NCBI RefSeq assembly: GCF_006345805.1
Contig: NC_043004.1
Coordinates: 29,388,001-29,452,000, forward strand
DNA: 64,000 nucleotides
Direction of reading: 5' to 3'
From: Octopus sinensis
Lineage: Eukaryota
Part shown: positions 35,896-49,571 of the stretch, piece after piece
How the letters are laid out: each line of letters begins with the position of its first letter
Position numbering within the stretch: the first letter of the stretch is position 1
The notes under the pieces: generated by a model
What the model was told of the DNA's origin: nothing
The model's database searches: none
The model's input: the letters and a program-made list of their open reading frames with translations, nothing else
Position numbers and translations under genes: made by a program

Positions 35896-36479
35896 GGATT
35901 TAAGGAGATCGAAGTAGTATTACATTAAAATAGCCATCTATGTATTATACTTAAGGAAAATGCATAACTGAAAGGAACATTTGCTGCAGTAGTCTAGCAT
36001 AGATGACATCTCTTATAGAGGTGCTGCGTTTAAAAGCAATATATGTCTGAGGAAAACGAAAATCATCCCAGAAGTTGATAGCGAGAACGTCAGACGTATT
36101 TCGACCTCGTTGCTTAGACAAGATTTGTCGCCTCCGATATATAGGAAACATTGATCGAACATTCACTGGTATTGTGAATAGCAGTCCGGTTAAATAAATA
36201 TCCGTTGTTTGCAGTAGAAGCCGTATGAAATACATAGCCGTCTATGTATCATACGTAATGTAAGATGTTTGTCTCCCCTCGATCTATATTGTGCTTTTAA
36301 ACACTGCACGTCCATAAGAGATATTATCTTTGGACGAATACCACACTAATTTGCCTTTCAAAGATGTAGTTACACGACGTTCTAGCGTGTTATGGCGAAA
36401 AGCGTTGATGAATTATTGTGTTTATGGTTGTGGCTGGTTGAGACAGATGGTATTTGTCGGAGAATATAAAGTCAAGAAA

Positions 36480-37240
36480 TTGTTGCTATCAAAGAATCAA
36501 TAAATCACAGCTAATGGACAAGTAATCACTGATATCTAAGGATCAACAAATCATTGCTATCTATAAGTATTGCTATCAAAACTCCACTGCTATCTCTAAG
36601 AGTCAAAAAATTTTCTAATGGCCAACAAATTACTGCTATCAGAGTTCACAACCAGATGGTCAACAAATCCCTAATATTTAGGGTCGACAAATCATTAACT
36701 AAGGATTAACAGATCAAATTCCTGCTATTTCAGAGTCAACTAATCAATCACTTCCATCAAAGAATTAATGAATCATTGCTATCTAAATGTCAACTATTTA
36801 AAGGTCAAGAAAACACTGCTCTTTAAGGGTAAGCAAATAATTTCTAAGGCTCGACAAATTACTGTTATCTAAGGTTCAACATATAAATGCTGTCAAGGGT
36901 CAGCAAATGCCTAAGGGTCAACAAACCACTGCTATCCAAGAGTCAACAATACAGCTATTTAAGAGTCAAGAGTCCACTGGTAGCTAAAGGTTAATAAAAT
37001 ACTGCTATCTAAGGTCCAAGATTCCTGTTGTCTAAGGGTCGTCAATAAATCTTTTATCAAAGAATTGAAATATCACTGCAGTCTAAAGGTCAACAAATCA
37101 CAGCTAAGGCTAGGTTTAACGTGTAATTGCTATCTAAGGATCAAGAAATCACTGCTCATTAAGGGTCAACAAATCACAGCTAGCTGGAGATGAACAAATC
37201 ACTGCTGTCTAAGTGTCAAATCACCGCCGGCATCTAAGTG
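36480..37240. repeat. Diverged minisatellite of about 25 bp, consensus near CTAAGGGTCAACAAATCACTGCTAT
   Basis: Recurrent ctaagggtcaacaaat and cactgctat units with indels. Confidence 0.85.
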
Positions 37241-37826
37241 TCATAATGTTCTTTTATTAACTACAGGAATCAAAAATTTTGCATGAAATATGCAAAAAGC
37301 AGATTTTAGATAGTTGATACATCTAAATACACACACTATTGTGCAGATTATTGCATAGGACATGGGTATAGAATATTATACATGATGTGAGGTATAGAAT
37401 ATTTGCTTGATGATGGGTTCACTTATAAAGTGAAAGTAATTGGTATAGTATGTTAGTAGTCACTGTTTACATTCACTCAGATTTAAGCAATACATACAAT
37501 ATGTGTGTGTGTGTGTGCGTATATCTATATAATGTATAGATTTTTGTATTGTTTGTGTACATACATATGCATATATTATGTGTGTGTGTATGTGTGTGTG
37601 TGTCTATATAAGGTAGATAGATCGATAAATAGATTGATAGATAGATAGATATGTTTCTTTATTAGCCACACAGGGCTGCACACAGACAGGACAAAATTAC
37701 AAGGTAGAGCTTTTCTTTTGGGGGTAAAAGAAGGGGGTTTGGTTTTCGATCAAAAGGGATCGTAAATGGAAAGAAAGAGGACAAAAAAGGGGGGGATAAA
37801 ATAAAATTTTTTAAAAAAGGGGGGAT

Positions 37827-37906
<80 letters not shown>

Positions 37907-38682
37907 GTGTGTGTGTGTGTGTGTGCATAATATGCATATATTTCGTGTTGTGTTCTTGTATGTTATTGAAAACTCGATTTTAACTTCTTTTTTTTTCTAT
38001 TACTGAGAGTATTTCTTAAACCATTGTTAGTGGTTTATGTTGGAATAAGAAGAAAATAAAAGGAAAGGTAAGAAAACAAAGATTGGAAGAAAGAAAGAGA
38101 AGAGAAGAAACGGAAAGGATGAAATTAGAGAAAGAGTTTTAGAAATACAAGAAAAGTAGGAAAGAAAAACGACTTGCACACATGCGCGCGCACACACACA
38201 CAAACACACTGACACACACACACGCAGGGACACACACACACACGCGGGGACACACACACACACACGCAGGGACACACACACACACACATGCACAGACACA
38301 CACACACACACATATAGACACGCGCAAAAAAATAATAGAGCATGGGTATGTTAAAAATAGAAATTTAACGACATAGCGGCAGAGGGAGAGGATAAAACTA
38401 GGGGAACATAAGAGAAATAAACAGAAAGTAGGAAGGAGGAGGCGGGGGGAGGGGGAGGAGGAGGAGGAGGATTTGAACATTACTGACGTTGAGCAATGAC
38501 ATCATCTGATACTCGTCGGTGGCTTATTTGCATAAATCAGCATAACATTAAATATTGTTGCCATATAAATACAATTATGAATGTTTATTGTATCTAACTT
38601 TTTTCATCTAAATGCAAATATCTAATTGTATCTGTATGTTTACGAGTATGTGTATATGCTTGGTAAAGCAAGCATATATATG

Positions 38683-38733
<51 letters not shown>

Positions 38734-38773
38734 ACTTACACACACATACACAGATATATACACACACACATAC

Positions 38774-38827
<54 letters not shown>

Positions 38828-38844
38828 TATATAATACTAATATA

Positions 38845-38881
<37 letters not shown>

Positions 38882-38912
38882 TATATATGTATGTATTATA
38901 TATATATATATA

Positions 38913-38988
<76 letters not shown>

Positions 38989-39469
38989 ACACACACTCGA
39001 GTATAATCAAATATAGTCTTATAAAGAGAAGCTCCCACACAACTATACATATGGTTATAGAGGGGGCATGGTGCGTGTGGAGTGGTGCCGCGCGAAATTG
39101 CCTTAAGACATAGACATAGTCAAATCATTCCGGTTGTATGTGCATGTGTACGTGCGATGTATTAATGCATCATTTCGCGGCAAATCTGATCATCTGCGAA
39201 AATATAAACGCCTTTTCTCTCTTTTCTTTGGCAATTAATATCTCACATCACGTCGTGTCTAATGAATGTGCTGCGTTGCTCCTTCTGTTGTCTCACATCT
39301 AAGTTGTGCGGTCGATTGTTTTTAGATAGATTTTGGTGATTGAACAACAGGGCAAACGGAGAGAATCAGAAACATGAGGAAAAAATTGAGAGAAAGACAG
39401 CAGACAGACAGACAGGCAGACAGACAGACAGGCAGGCAAGCAGGAGGCAGACAAATAGACAGATTGGCG

Positions 39470-39563
<94 letters not shown>

Positions 39564-39568
39564 TATTT

Positions 39569-39606
<38 letters not shown>

Positions 39607-40177
39607 ACAGACAGGCAGACAGTAAATTTCTAAGTAAAGTAGTATTTCAGGGGGAACGAAAAATAGTCTCAAAGTGAAAAGTAATGGAGCGATAGGGAAA
39701 GACTAAAAATAGGGGATGAATATAGAAAGGGAAGAAAGAAAGAAAGAAGGAAAGAAAGAAAGAAAGAAGGAAAGAAAGAAAGAAAGAAAGAAAGAAAGAA
39801 AAGGGAAAAACGGAGAGTCAGGTGGAGAGAGAGAGAAGAGAGAGAGAGAGAGGTGTAAAATGTGATAGAGAGAAAAGTGTAGCAAAGTTTTCGAAAAACT
39901 GGTGAATAAGAGGAATTGTAGAGAAATGAGAGAAAGAGGAAAAATGAAAAATAGAGTAAAGAAGAAAAAAGTGGAGACAGGAAAGATAATAATTTATTGG
40001 TGACTTAGTCAAAGAAGGAGAGTACAGCACCCTCGAGCAGAGTCACCTTGGACAGAAAAGGAGGAAAAAAAAGAAAGGAAAAGAACAATGAAAACGACAG
40101 GTAACAAAAGTGCAATTGCAGTTGCAATAACAATATCATTATTATTATTGTTATTGTTATTGTTATTATTATTATTA

Positions 40178-40284
<107 letters not shown>

Positions 40285-43200
40285 TACGAACGAGAGAGAA
40301 AAGATCAGTAATTTAACACTAAAATGAATCTTTTATCAGAAACAGAGGTGGAGGAAGCCTTATTGCATATGCAGCAGTGATTGTTAACCAGTCTGACTAG
40401 TTGGAATATATTTATGTTATAGTTGTAATGGTCATATCAGTCTAGTTTGACCAGATTAATATTGAAAATTGTCTGTTTAACACACATGACTACTATTACC
40501 AACACTAGATGGAAATGGCCTCCTTAGTTACCCGATGATGTGTCAGTGAAATACTTTATGTAAAATACTAATAAATATAATCAATAGTGTTGCCTTTCAT
40601 ATAGATTTTCATTACTAGTGGGTGCAGGCATAGTTGTATGGCTTTTGGTATTTAATGTTAATCCACTGAGCAACAACTCATGTATGTTTTCTTCAAAAGA
40701 AGCCTGAGATTGACCAAAGTTTTATGGGTAAAATATAATGACGGAAACTGTAGGAGTCCGATAGAGGGAGCATTTATTTTTCTGCAAGAGACTTTATACG
40801 TCGCCCTGTTTAACACCAACATCTAGATCATGGATGTCTTTAGTGAGACTCAACGTGTTTCAAGGGTTTTGACCAGCCTTCCTAGTTGAAACAGTTCCCT
40901 CTTTTACTCCCACGAGTCTTGAAGAACCTGAGAAGAGTAAAGGCGCTGCCTTTCCTTCTCTGTACGCGATTTTTAAAAAATTGTTTGGTCAACATGAACC
41001 CTACGAATAGGTTGTCCAGTGAGGCCAGTAACCAATCGGAACCTGTCGTTGTAAAAGGGGCAGCCACAAATGCTTTTGAATTGGTTGGATCAATGGTAAA
41101 TGTCTTACTATCCAGGCTAGTAGTTATAAACTGAATTCTGCATTTTAAGTTAATAAAAAACATGCAAGTTTGCAGAGGCCCCACTATAGTTATTCTGGCT
41201 TGTTGGACCTGTTTACAGTAGGCAGAGACTAGACTGTCTCTGAAGAGGATTTCTACCCGAGATAACAGGCTTCCTTTCCCCCACACAAAATAATTTATTC
41301 CCTTTTGTGAACATGTTTGTACTTACCACTTGTTTAATGCTACTTTCATCAAACTATATTCTAAGTCAATTATATTCTAAGACAATACTCAGTGTCAATA
41401 ATGCCATATGTACCTTGGTAGCTAATCGGACCATTGACTTGGTCAGTTGTGACTCGAAAAGGCCCTGGGAGGAACGAATCCAACTGTTACTTCTACATGC
41501 TGTTATAAAAAAAAAGAACACATTGAATAACATGATCTTAAACATACTTTTCCTCAAAATCGGATGTAATTGTTAGAGCTGAAACAACCCCCTCCCCCCA
41601 TCATGTCTGCTCTAATTAAAGTTAAACAATTACAACAACAACAACCAATTTTTATTAAAATGTAATTGTCGTTCTTCTGTGAGATCGGAACTGTCCAGTA
41701 GATAAAGTTCTGAATTAGCAACACAGGTCTTCAGTTGATATATCTCGTATATATTTCACTATCTCTCGACAGGGCAATGTAATTTGCTTTCAAATATATG
41801 TCAGACATTCTAATGGAAGTTGGACTAATTTTTGTAAAGTTAAGGGATGGTGGGGAAAGAAATAAGCCTATTTTTGAATAATTATATGTACAGAATTATA
41901 TCTGTATGATTTTGTCTCACAGTAAAAGGTCCACGGGATTTTTTTTTTAGTTTGGGATAAAAACTGACCTGACAGATTCAATTGTTAAGAACTAATCAGC
42001 AATTATTCGCCTTCCCTTCCCAAGATACCAAGACAAAGTAGTGAAAATGCAAACAAAATTGAGCTAAACAATTTATTTTCCTAATGGTACAAGGATGACG
42101 ACCTGGCATTAATTATTACAGTGGGCAGATTGGTAGTAGCGTCCTTTTATATTCTGAATTCAAGTTTGCCAAGATCAGCTTTACCTTTTATCTGATGACC
42201 AAATGCGATAAAATAAAGTCCCAGTCAAGTACAGATGTCGATATAATCGTTTGTTCTCTCCCCCAAAATACTATTGTTCGTACCTAAGAAGTCACTAATC
42301 ACTAGAGTACCATAGGCTGACAATTATGATGTGAAATCACTCATTTATGGGAAATAGAAATTAAAACCAGCAATATTCATGCGTTAGCAACAGAGATGGA
42401 GGGATATAGCTAAAACCGAGACTTGGACCTGTCTTGCTGAGATATGTTCTCCTACTCTACAGTTCTAAATTTTCAATACACTAATTACACGTTCTTGTAG
42501 AAGTTTGATATCCTATTGTTACTGTATGATACTGACTCTGAGTCACAATATTTTAATGTACTGCATGAACAAGATACTGACTCAGAGTGATGTAATATTA
42601 TGATGTAATATTTGATAAGCGCAAGATGTATGATATCGCTGTGAGATATTATACAATATCTTAATATGTTATGAGAGTAAGTTACAGGTTGAGTAAGATA
42701 TACAACATTCTAAAGTGCTGTAAAAATATGATACAAGTCCAAAGAGACATCATATTATCCTAAATTCTAAAACTGAGCTGAAACAAAAAAAAATCTCTTC
42801 TCCGGAGAAATCCTTTCTTCACACCAAACGGCTCTCAACTTTTTATAGCAATCACATTGTAAAAAATACAATAGCCCGGGCCAAAAGCGTAACTAACCCT
42901 AAATTTAAATTGTTTGAACATTCATAATATATACATTAAAATTATAACATTCTCTCGTTTGATGTTTTTGAAAATATTTTCACTAAAAAGTATTTACTGG
43001 AAACAACATTAATGTGCAATAATTTTTGGTCGGTTTAATAAAATACAGACAGAATTTGAGTGCATGTGTTTGTATCTGTGTCTCTGTGTGAATGTGTGCT
43101 TAAGAAAAGAAAGGAAAGATGGAGGGAGAGAGAGAGAGGCAGGTAGTGAGTGAGTGGGTGAGTGCATTTGCAAGAGAATTCAGGCCATTAGCAGTTCTGA

Positions 43201-43876
43201 TTGTTTAGACTAAAAGCAGTCAAACACTGTGAGTAGATACAATCGATGTTTCTTTTACCCAAAATTTCTGGTTTTGTAAGGAAATCATCATCGTTGTCAT
43301 CATTATCATCGTCGTCGTCGTCGTCGTCATCGTCGTCGTTGTTGTTGTTACTGTTGTATGTTGGTAAGAAAGAATCTCTGTGAGTAAGCATCATTAATAC
43401 AATAATTTTCAACTAGATTTCCCAACGGAAAATATTTTTTATCCAGTTTTACAAACAAAAGGTTTTGCGACTGTTTAAGAATCCACCCCATTACCTGCGG
43501 TAGAAGAACAGTTTATCTTTCGACATTTTAACTGGGGGTTTTTTATATTCTTGGCAAAAACCCATTTGCATTGGCATCTGCGTTTCAAATTGTTTTCAAA
43601 AGTATCCGGAAGAGTTGGTCACAGTTGTAAGACCAAAGGTTACTCTAATGCAAATGGTTAGCTTATTTGTCATGGGTACAAAAGATGTGTATTTTCGAGT
43701 TCTGCAGGTAAATCTTGGCCTTTTTACCAACCAAGAAATTTTCAGTCCAATATTATTTGTTATGCCTTAAGACTGTAGTCACTTCAGGATTTATTGCATC
43801 GTTCTTGTGTATGTGTGTGTGTATGTGACTCTGTGCGTGCGTGTGTGCGCACATATATGTGTATGTATGTACACGT

Positions 43877-43942
<66 letters not shown>

Positions 43943-43970
43943 GGAGTTAAACGCAGGTGTTATTCAAATT

Positions 43971-44068
43971 CTTTTACTTCCAACACATGTTTCGAAGATA
44001 TCATTGGTATTATTCCAAAGGAATAAAATGGTGTAAAACAATGTAATCTTCTCTTCGGGGAAATGAAG
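43971..44068 (-). ncRNA. Long-stem-II hammerhead motif with U4-to-C core
   Basis: Minus strand reads CTTCATTTCC CCGAAGA GAAGAT...ATCTTC GAAA CATGTG TT GGAAGTAAAAG. Confidence 0.6.
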
Positions 44069-44185
44069 AAATAAAAAGACATCGGCACCTGAAGTAATTT
44101 TACACTGGTATAAAGAGTTCATGTGTTCATATAAGTGATATCTACCATATATATATACATATATATATATATGTATATATATATC

Positions 44186-44227
<42 letters not shown>

Positions 44228-44312
44228 TATACATGCATATATATATATTTTATGTTTATGTTTTCCAGTTTCAGCTCTTGAGCTGTGGCCATGCTGGGAC
44301 AGTATATATATA

Positions 44313-44556
44313 TATAATGACTTACAAAATAAGGGCAAAAGAAAAATTCTAATGCCAAATATGCCGAAAAAAAAAATTGTCAATAACCATTATAATTTAT
44401 GCGTCTCGAAACAAGCCGATAACGGATTTTTTTAAAAATTCGTTATCGGCTTGTTTCGAGACGCATAAATTATAATGGTTATTGACAATTTTGTCTTTTT
44501 TTCGGCATATTTGGCATTAGAATTTTTCTTTTGCCCTTATTTTGTAAGTTATTTAT
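44313..44556. repeat. Near-perfect palindrome of about 245 bp with essentially no spacer
   Basis: ...gtctcgaaacaagccgataacgga ttttttt aaaaa ttcgttatcggcttgtttcgagac..., with the arms extending about 120 bp. Confidence 0.96.
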
Positions 44557-44625
44557 AAATTTAACCTTTAAAGGTATTTTTTGATATGCTGACCATTGAT
44601 AAAAATGTTTATCCTACATTATTTG

Positions 44626-44697
<72 letters not shown>

Positions 44698-44709
44698 TGT
44701 GTTTGTGTA

Positions 44710-44742
<33 letters not shown>

Positions 44743-44941
44743 ATATATATTGTATTTAATATATTTAATACATTTTATGTGTTTAATTTGTTTATCTTCA
44801 TAATTGCTTCTATCCCCACTCAATTTGATCCCTCTTATAGCATTTCTTTACTTTGTGGGAATGATCCCCTGTAAAGTTTGAATCTTTTGAGCGCTACTAA
44901 ATGTCTTCTATACAGAGAATATCTAGATTTCATCTGTGAAC

Positions 44942-44976
<35 letters not shown>

Positions 44977-45069
44977 CTTCTCTCCTAGACTTACCACCTA
45001 TGTGTCTTAAGATCATCCGCACTTATGACCACAAAAAATATATTAATAAATAAATAAAATAATCAATAT

Positions 45070-45615
45070 TTGGGTGTTGCGTAGCTGTGCCTACAATAAC
45101 TATGGCAGCATCTGGCAACGCAGGCCTCTCTCAAACCTAGGCACCCACTTCCTGCCACTGTCTCACAGTCGCTTTCAAGCATCAGAAGCATGTGGGTTTG
45201 TTACAAATGTATCTCAAATACCCCTAAAATGACAGGTAAAAAGAAAATGCTTTCAACTACAGGTGCGACAGCTAGGATGTCAAGGAAAGCTATTGATTTA
45301 GACTGTAAAAGGAAGATTATCCGGCAGCATAAATGCGGAAAGAAGGTGAATACAATAGCACGTGAAAGGTTCTGCACTTATGAATGCTCCATGAAATGGA
45401 AAATTTTTTATTCATGTGGATTCAATACAGAAAAAATACATCCATGCGTCTTCTCACAGTGCAAACAATGGCTAGAAGTCTGTGTTCAGACTTTAAAATC
45501 ACGCTCCGGAGATTATTACGCACAACATTTTCAGGCTAGTAATGGATGGTTTATGCGTTTTTAGAAAAAAGATTTGCTTTGCATAATGTACGTGTCACAG
45601 GAGAAGCAGGAACAC
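45070..45615 (+). mobile_element. Tigger/pogo transposase relic (CENP-B-type HTH)
   Basis: RKAIDLDCKRKIIRQH..GKKVNTIARE; HEME.FL.MWI; FQASNGWFMRF*KRFALHNVRVTGEA. Confidence 0.88.
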
Positions 45616-45869
45616 CCAGTACACACGTACGTACGCATGTATGTATGTATGTATATTATACGTATATATGAGTGATGAGTGATAGTAACGAGAGTGTACA
45701 GTCATCATTAGATCATTACTGCATCTTTCTCAAGAGATACGAGCGATAAGTGATATGTATATATATATATACGCACGCACACACACAAACGCACACACAC
45801 ACACATACATATATATATTCTAGTCACACAGTATCGATCAGACAATTAGATGCTGTTATACACAGCTGG

Positions 45870-46380
45870 TCACAGTGCGCTTCCAATTTTATCCTGATTG
45901 CGCCATTCTTTTTCATCTCGATCCAAATTGATTAAATCGTCTTCCCATCGTATTTGATTTTCTTTTTTTCCTTCCATTAGAGGGTTCGTTCCGGTTTTCC
46001 CTACCAAAGACCTGCAGTTGTAGGTACATATGGCAAGGGTTGTTATCAGATTTCTAGGCAACCTATTGGTACCTGAGATTCTTAGCAGCTTCTGGTCGTT
46101 CGAATTTCGCTTGCCACCATGCAGTGGTCCTGTTGACTTGCAGGATACTGAGGCCTATTTCCTTGCATTGTATTAGCTTTAAAGATGAAGTCACCCCACT
46201 CGCTAGGCATGCAGGCCATTTATTACTTCTTCAGTTTAGCTAGCTTCCACCTTCTAACGAATAGAATAGGTGCTCGCTTCCGTGATGTAGGCCTTCCGTA
46301 GGGTCGGTAGTACGGTGCCTTTGTAGCATGGTTCGACCTGCGAGGGCATACACCCAGCTACCATAGCTACCGAACAACCA
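45870..46380 (-). mobile_element. Internally deleted RTE derivative: 5' UTR and APE start fused to the C-terminal codons
   Basis: ORF 45870-46061 joins TLAICTYNCRSL directly to EGKKENQIRWEDDL. Confidence 0.7.
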
Positions 46381-46739
46381 TTGCCACTGTTGCTCTACTA
46401 TGAGGTACTGATGTAGGATGAGTGATGGTAATGGTAGTGTAGAGTGATCTCTCTTTGATCAGTTCCATGGGTATATATATAAGTGGTGGCAATAATAGTG
46501 TAGAGTTATGACTGTTGGATCTGTTTCACACACCTACGTGAGCGATGAGTAATGGTAATGATAATAGTCTAGTCATCACTCATGGATCAGAGATAGATAT
46601 ATTTATGTATATATTAGTGATGCTGGTAATGATAGTAGCGATGAAGTTAGCTGTTGGTGTACACTTTTACAACTCTTCTCCATGGCAGTTTTTAGTTAGT
46701 TTTGCTATGCCAGTATTTCCAAATAATGGAAGATGTCTG

Positions 46740-47250
46740 TTGTCGCTGTTGTTTAGTTATGAAGTGCCTTAATGTAGTTATTTTCGCTCCAGTAATTCTT
46801 TTTAAAGTTTCATAATATGTACAGAAGAATTTACGTGGCTTTTTCTTTCTTTTCCGATAGCCAGGAACAGATCTTGATTTCAATGTAAAAATCAAGTGAT
46901 TGGTCTCAGATAGCTAATGTGTTTCATTTTCTAGTTTACACTATCAGCTAACAGAGTCACTGGTATTGTAGATAACACTATTGGTGATGCAGTTGCCTGT
47001 GTCAATCATTATCATAGAAGAGTTGTGTGTGAAAAAGGAGTTCTTTTTACCTATAACAGAAAAGGGCCAGTTTGTGTTTAGTCGACTTAGTTGTAGAGGA
47101 AAATGTTTTAACATATATTTAAACAGTTTTCTACGTCTGGACCGTTGTTGTTTCCGGCATCATTGTGTATGTGTTTCTATGAGACTTATTTCAGATTTAC
47201 ATTTTACACAATTCAAATTGGTCGCATAGCAGGCTCTTTTGTTTAAATCC
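46740..47250 (-). mobile_element. Possible PLE GIY-YIG relic
   Basis: Fragment TGNCITNSVIY resembles PLE GNCLT..VIY. Very decayed. Confidence 0.3.
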
Positions 47251-47329
47251 AAAGAAGTTTCGAAGTTTGTGAACAGGGTGATTAGTCTTTGTGTGCATAT
47301 AAGTATACGTACGCAGATAAACTTGCATT

Positions 47330-47660
47330 TATGTGGTGGGTGTGCATGTAGGTTTTTATGTAACCCATTTCGCCTATGATAACAGGTACGAATAAAACTC
47401 TATATTCTGAATATAAAAATTGTAAGCCTCTAATTATTATTTCCCCCATAGATATTCTTTTCTCCAATTTTTTATGACATATTCATATCCGCCAGACATC
47501 TTGTCACAAGTGTGATTGATTTTTACTCTTTGTCCCATAGAATAATTTCTCACCTATCGTGTTTATCCAGGATTGTTATTTTTATTGGAATGATCCGCCA
47601 GTATTCTTTATTTCTATACCCTGTTTCTGGTGGGCGTTCGTTATAGCCGCCAAGAAAATC
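47330..47660 (-). mobile_element. RLE C-terminal relic related to 31430-32890
   Basis: IILWDK...IIRGLQFLYSEYRVLFVPVIIGEMGYI. Confidence 0.75.
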
Positions 47661-48134
47661 CTTTATGCAGATAACATTGTATTATAATAACGTGTCTATA
47701 CGTAAGTATGTAGATGTGTTCGAACGTACGTTCGTACGTACCTATATATAATGTGAACATGTATGTGTAGACGTATATGTATATGTATGTGTGCGTATAT
47801 GAATGCATATATATGCATTTTTGTATATATGAATATTACACTGGCATATTTACACATATGCGTTTGCAGATAGTACACATGGAGCGTAGACATAACCAAA
47901 TTATTAAGATCGCTTGCGGTCTTGTGTTCGTTATTTCTTCTTTATTTTGTGAAAATTTTCAACAGTCTGGCTGTCTTCTGCCATTTCTTCAGCGATACTA
48001 GTAATCATCGCCCTCTCATATTACTCAAATAGAAGAATTTACTGACATTAACTATTTTCCAATGAAGGGAAGTAGCAGGAAGACTAACTCGAAAGTAAGA
48101 CGGTAACAACAGACATGCAAATAACAACAGCAAC

Positions 48135-48180
<46 letters not shown>

Positions 48181-48313
48181 TGTTGTTGTATTTATTAGCC
48201 ATAAGGGCAACGTAAGTAAGAATATTAATCTACTTAGGGAATTTTTCTGTTTCCATTTTCTCATGTCTTCCTCAGTCTTTCTTTTCAAACACACACACAC
48301 ACACACACACACA

Positions 48314-48362
<49 letters not shown>

Positions 48363-48511
48363 TATCTATCTATATCTCCCTCTCTCTCTCTCTCTCCCTT
48401 TCGCTATCTATCTATCTATCTATCTATTTCTATCCCTCTCACTATATATATGTCTGTGTGTGAGTGTGTGCTTGTGTGTGTGTGTGTGTGTGTGTGCTTG
48501 TGTGTGTGTGC

Positions 48512-48550
<39 letters not shown>

Positions 48551-48788
48551 TGTGTGTGTGTGTGCTTGTATGTGTGCGCGCGCATTTGTATGATAGACCG
48601 ACAGACAAATAGACAGAACAATATAAAGAATTCTATATATACGTATACACACACACACCACACTCACCGTTTCTCAGTTTCTCTTCCTCAAATTCCTTCT
48701 ATCTCTCCCTCTTTCTCCTCTCACTCTATCTCCTTCCCTCTCTCTCTCTCTCTCCACACAGACACACAGACACGCGCGCGCATAAGCT

Positions 48789-48842
<54 letters not shown>

Positions 48843-48843
48843 C

Positions 48844-48882
<39 letters not shown>

Positions 48883-49482
48883 AGTAAGAAGGAGAGAAAC
48901 AAGTCGGTGTACATATTCAATCAATCTATTTGATATTATCAAAATTCTCCAGAGTATACAATATACATAGATGCGTTCACGTCTATGAGATATGATATAA
49001 TTTATAAGAATTTATAAACACATAGACATACGAAGATTTATAAATATATAAAAATTCATAAATATATAAAAACTTACAAGCACATAAAGATTCATAAGTA
49101 TATAAACACATAAATATAAATATACATTTGTACCTGCGAAGTCCGAATGTCCGTATTAGAACCAATGAGGAGGTTAGATAAGAAAGTTAGAATAAAATGA
49201 TTCATCAGGAAACCCTAAATAGGTACAAAATCTTACGGCCGTTTCTAGAAGATATAGTTGTTATGGGCGAGATACCTCCAACCATGGCAGTTATAACCGT
49301 TGAACAAATCGCCCCCCAGTACATATATTTGTTTTGTTTTTGTTTTTTTAAGTCTGCTATTTATTCTATCGGATTATTTTGCCGAACCTCCACATTACAG
49401 GGCGTAAACGAACCAACACCTGTTACCAAGTAATGGGAAATGACAAACGCAGCCACAAAAACACGCACATACATATACATAA

Positions 49483-49528
49483 TCTCTTCTCTATGTATAT
49501 AAAGATGAGAATGTGTCTGTTTGTCTGT

Positions 49529-49571
<43 letters not shown>

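Noticed and set aside
41232-41270. CTGAAGA GG...CC GAGA hammerhead-like string
   Set aside because: GAAA is altered, stem II is only 2 bp and stem III is missing.
40882-41310. Overlapping ORFs of 134 aa (-) and 82 aa (+) as a possible host exon
   Set aside because: No recognisable domain or splice context, and the other frames are full of stops. More likely an unclassified decayed element.
47945-47995. Minus-strand CTGAAGA...GAAA ATTTTC
   Set aside because: Stem I does not pair and stem II is irregular.
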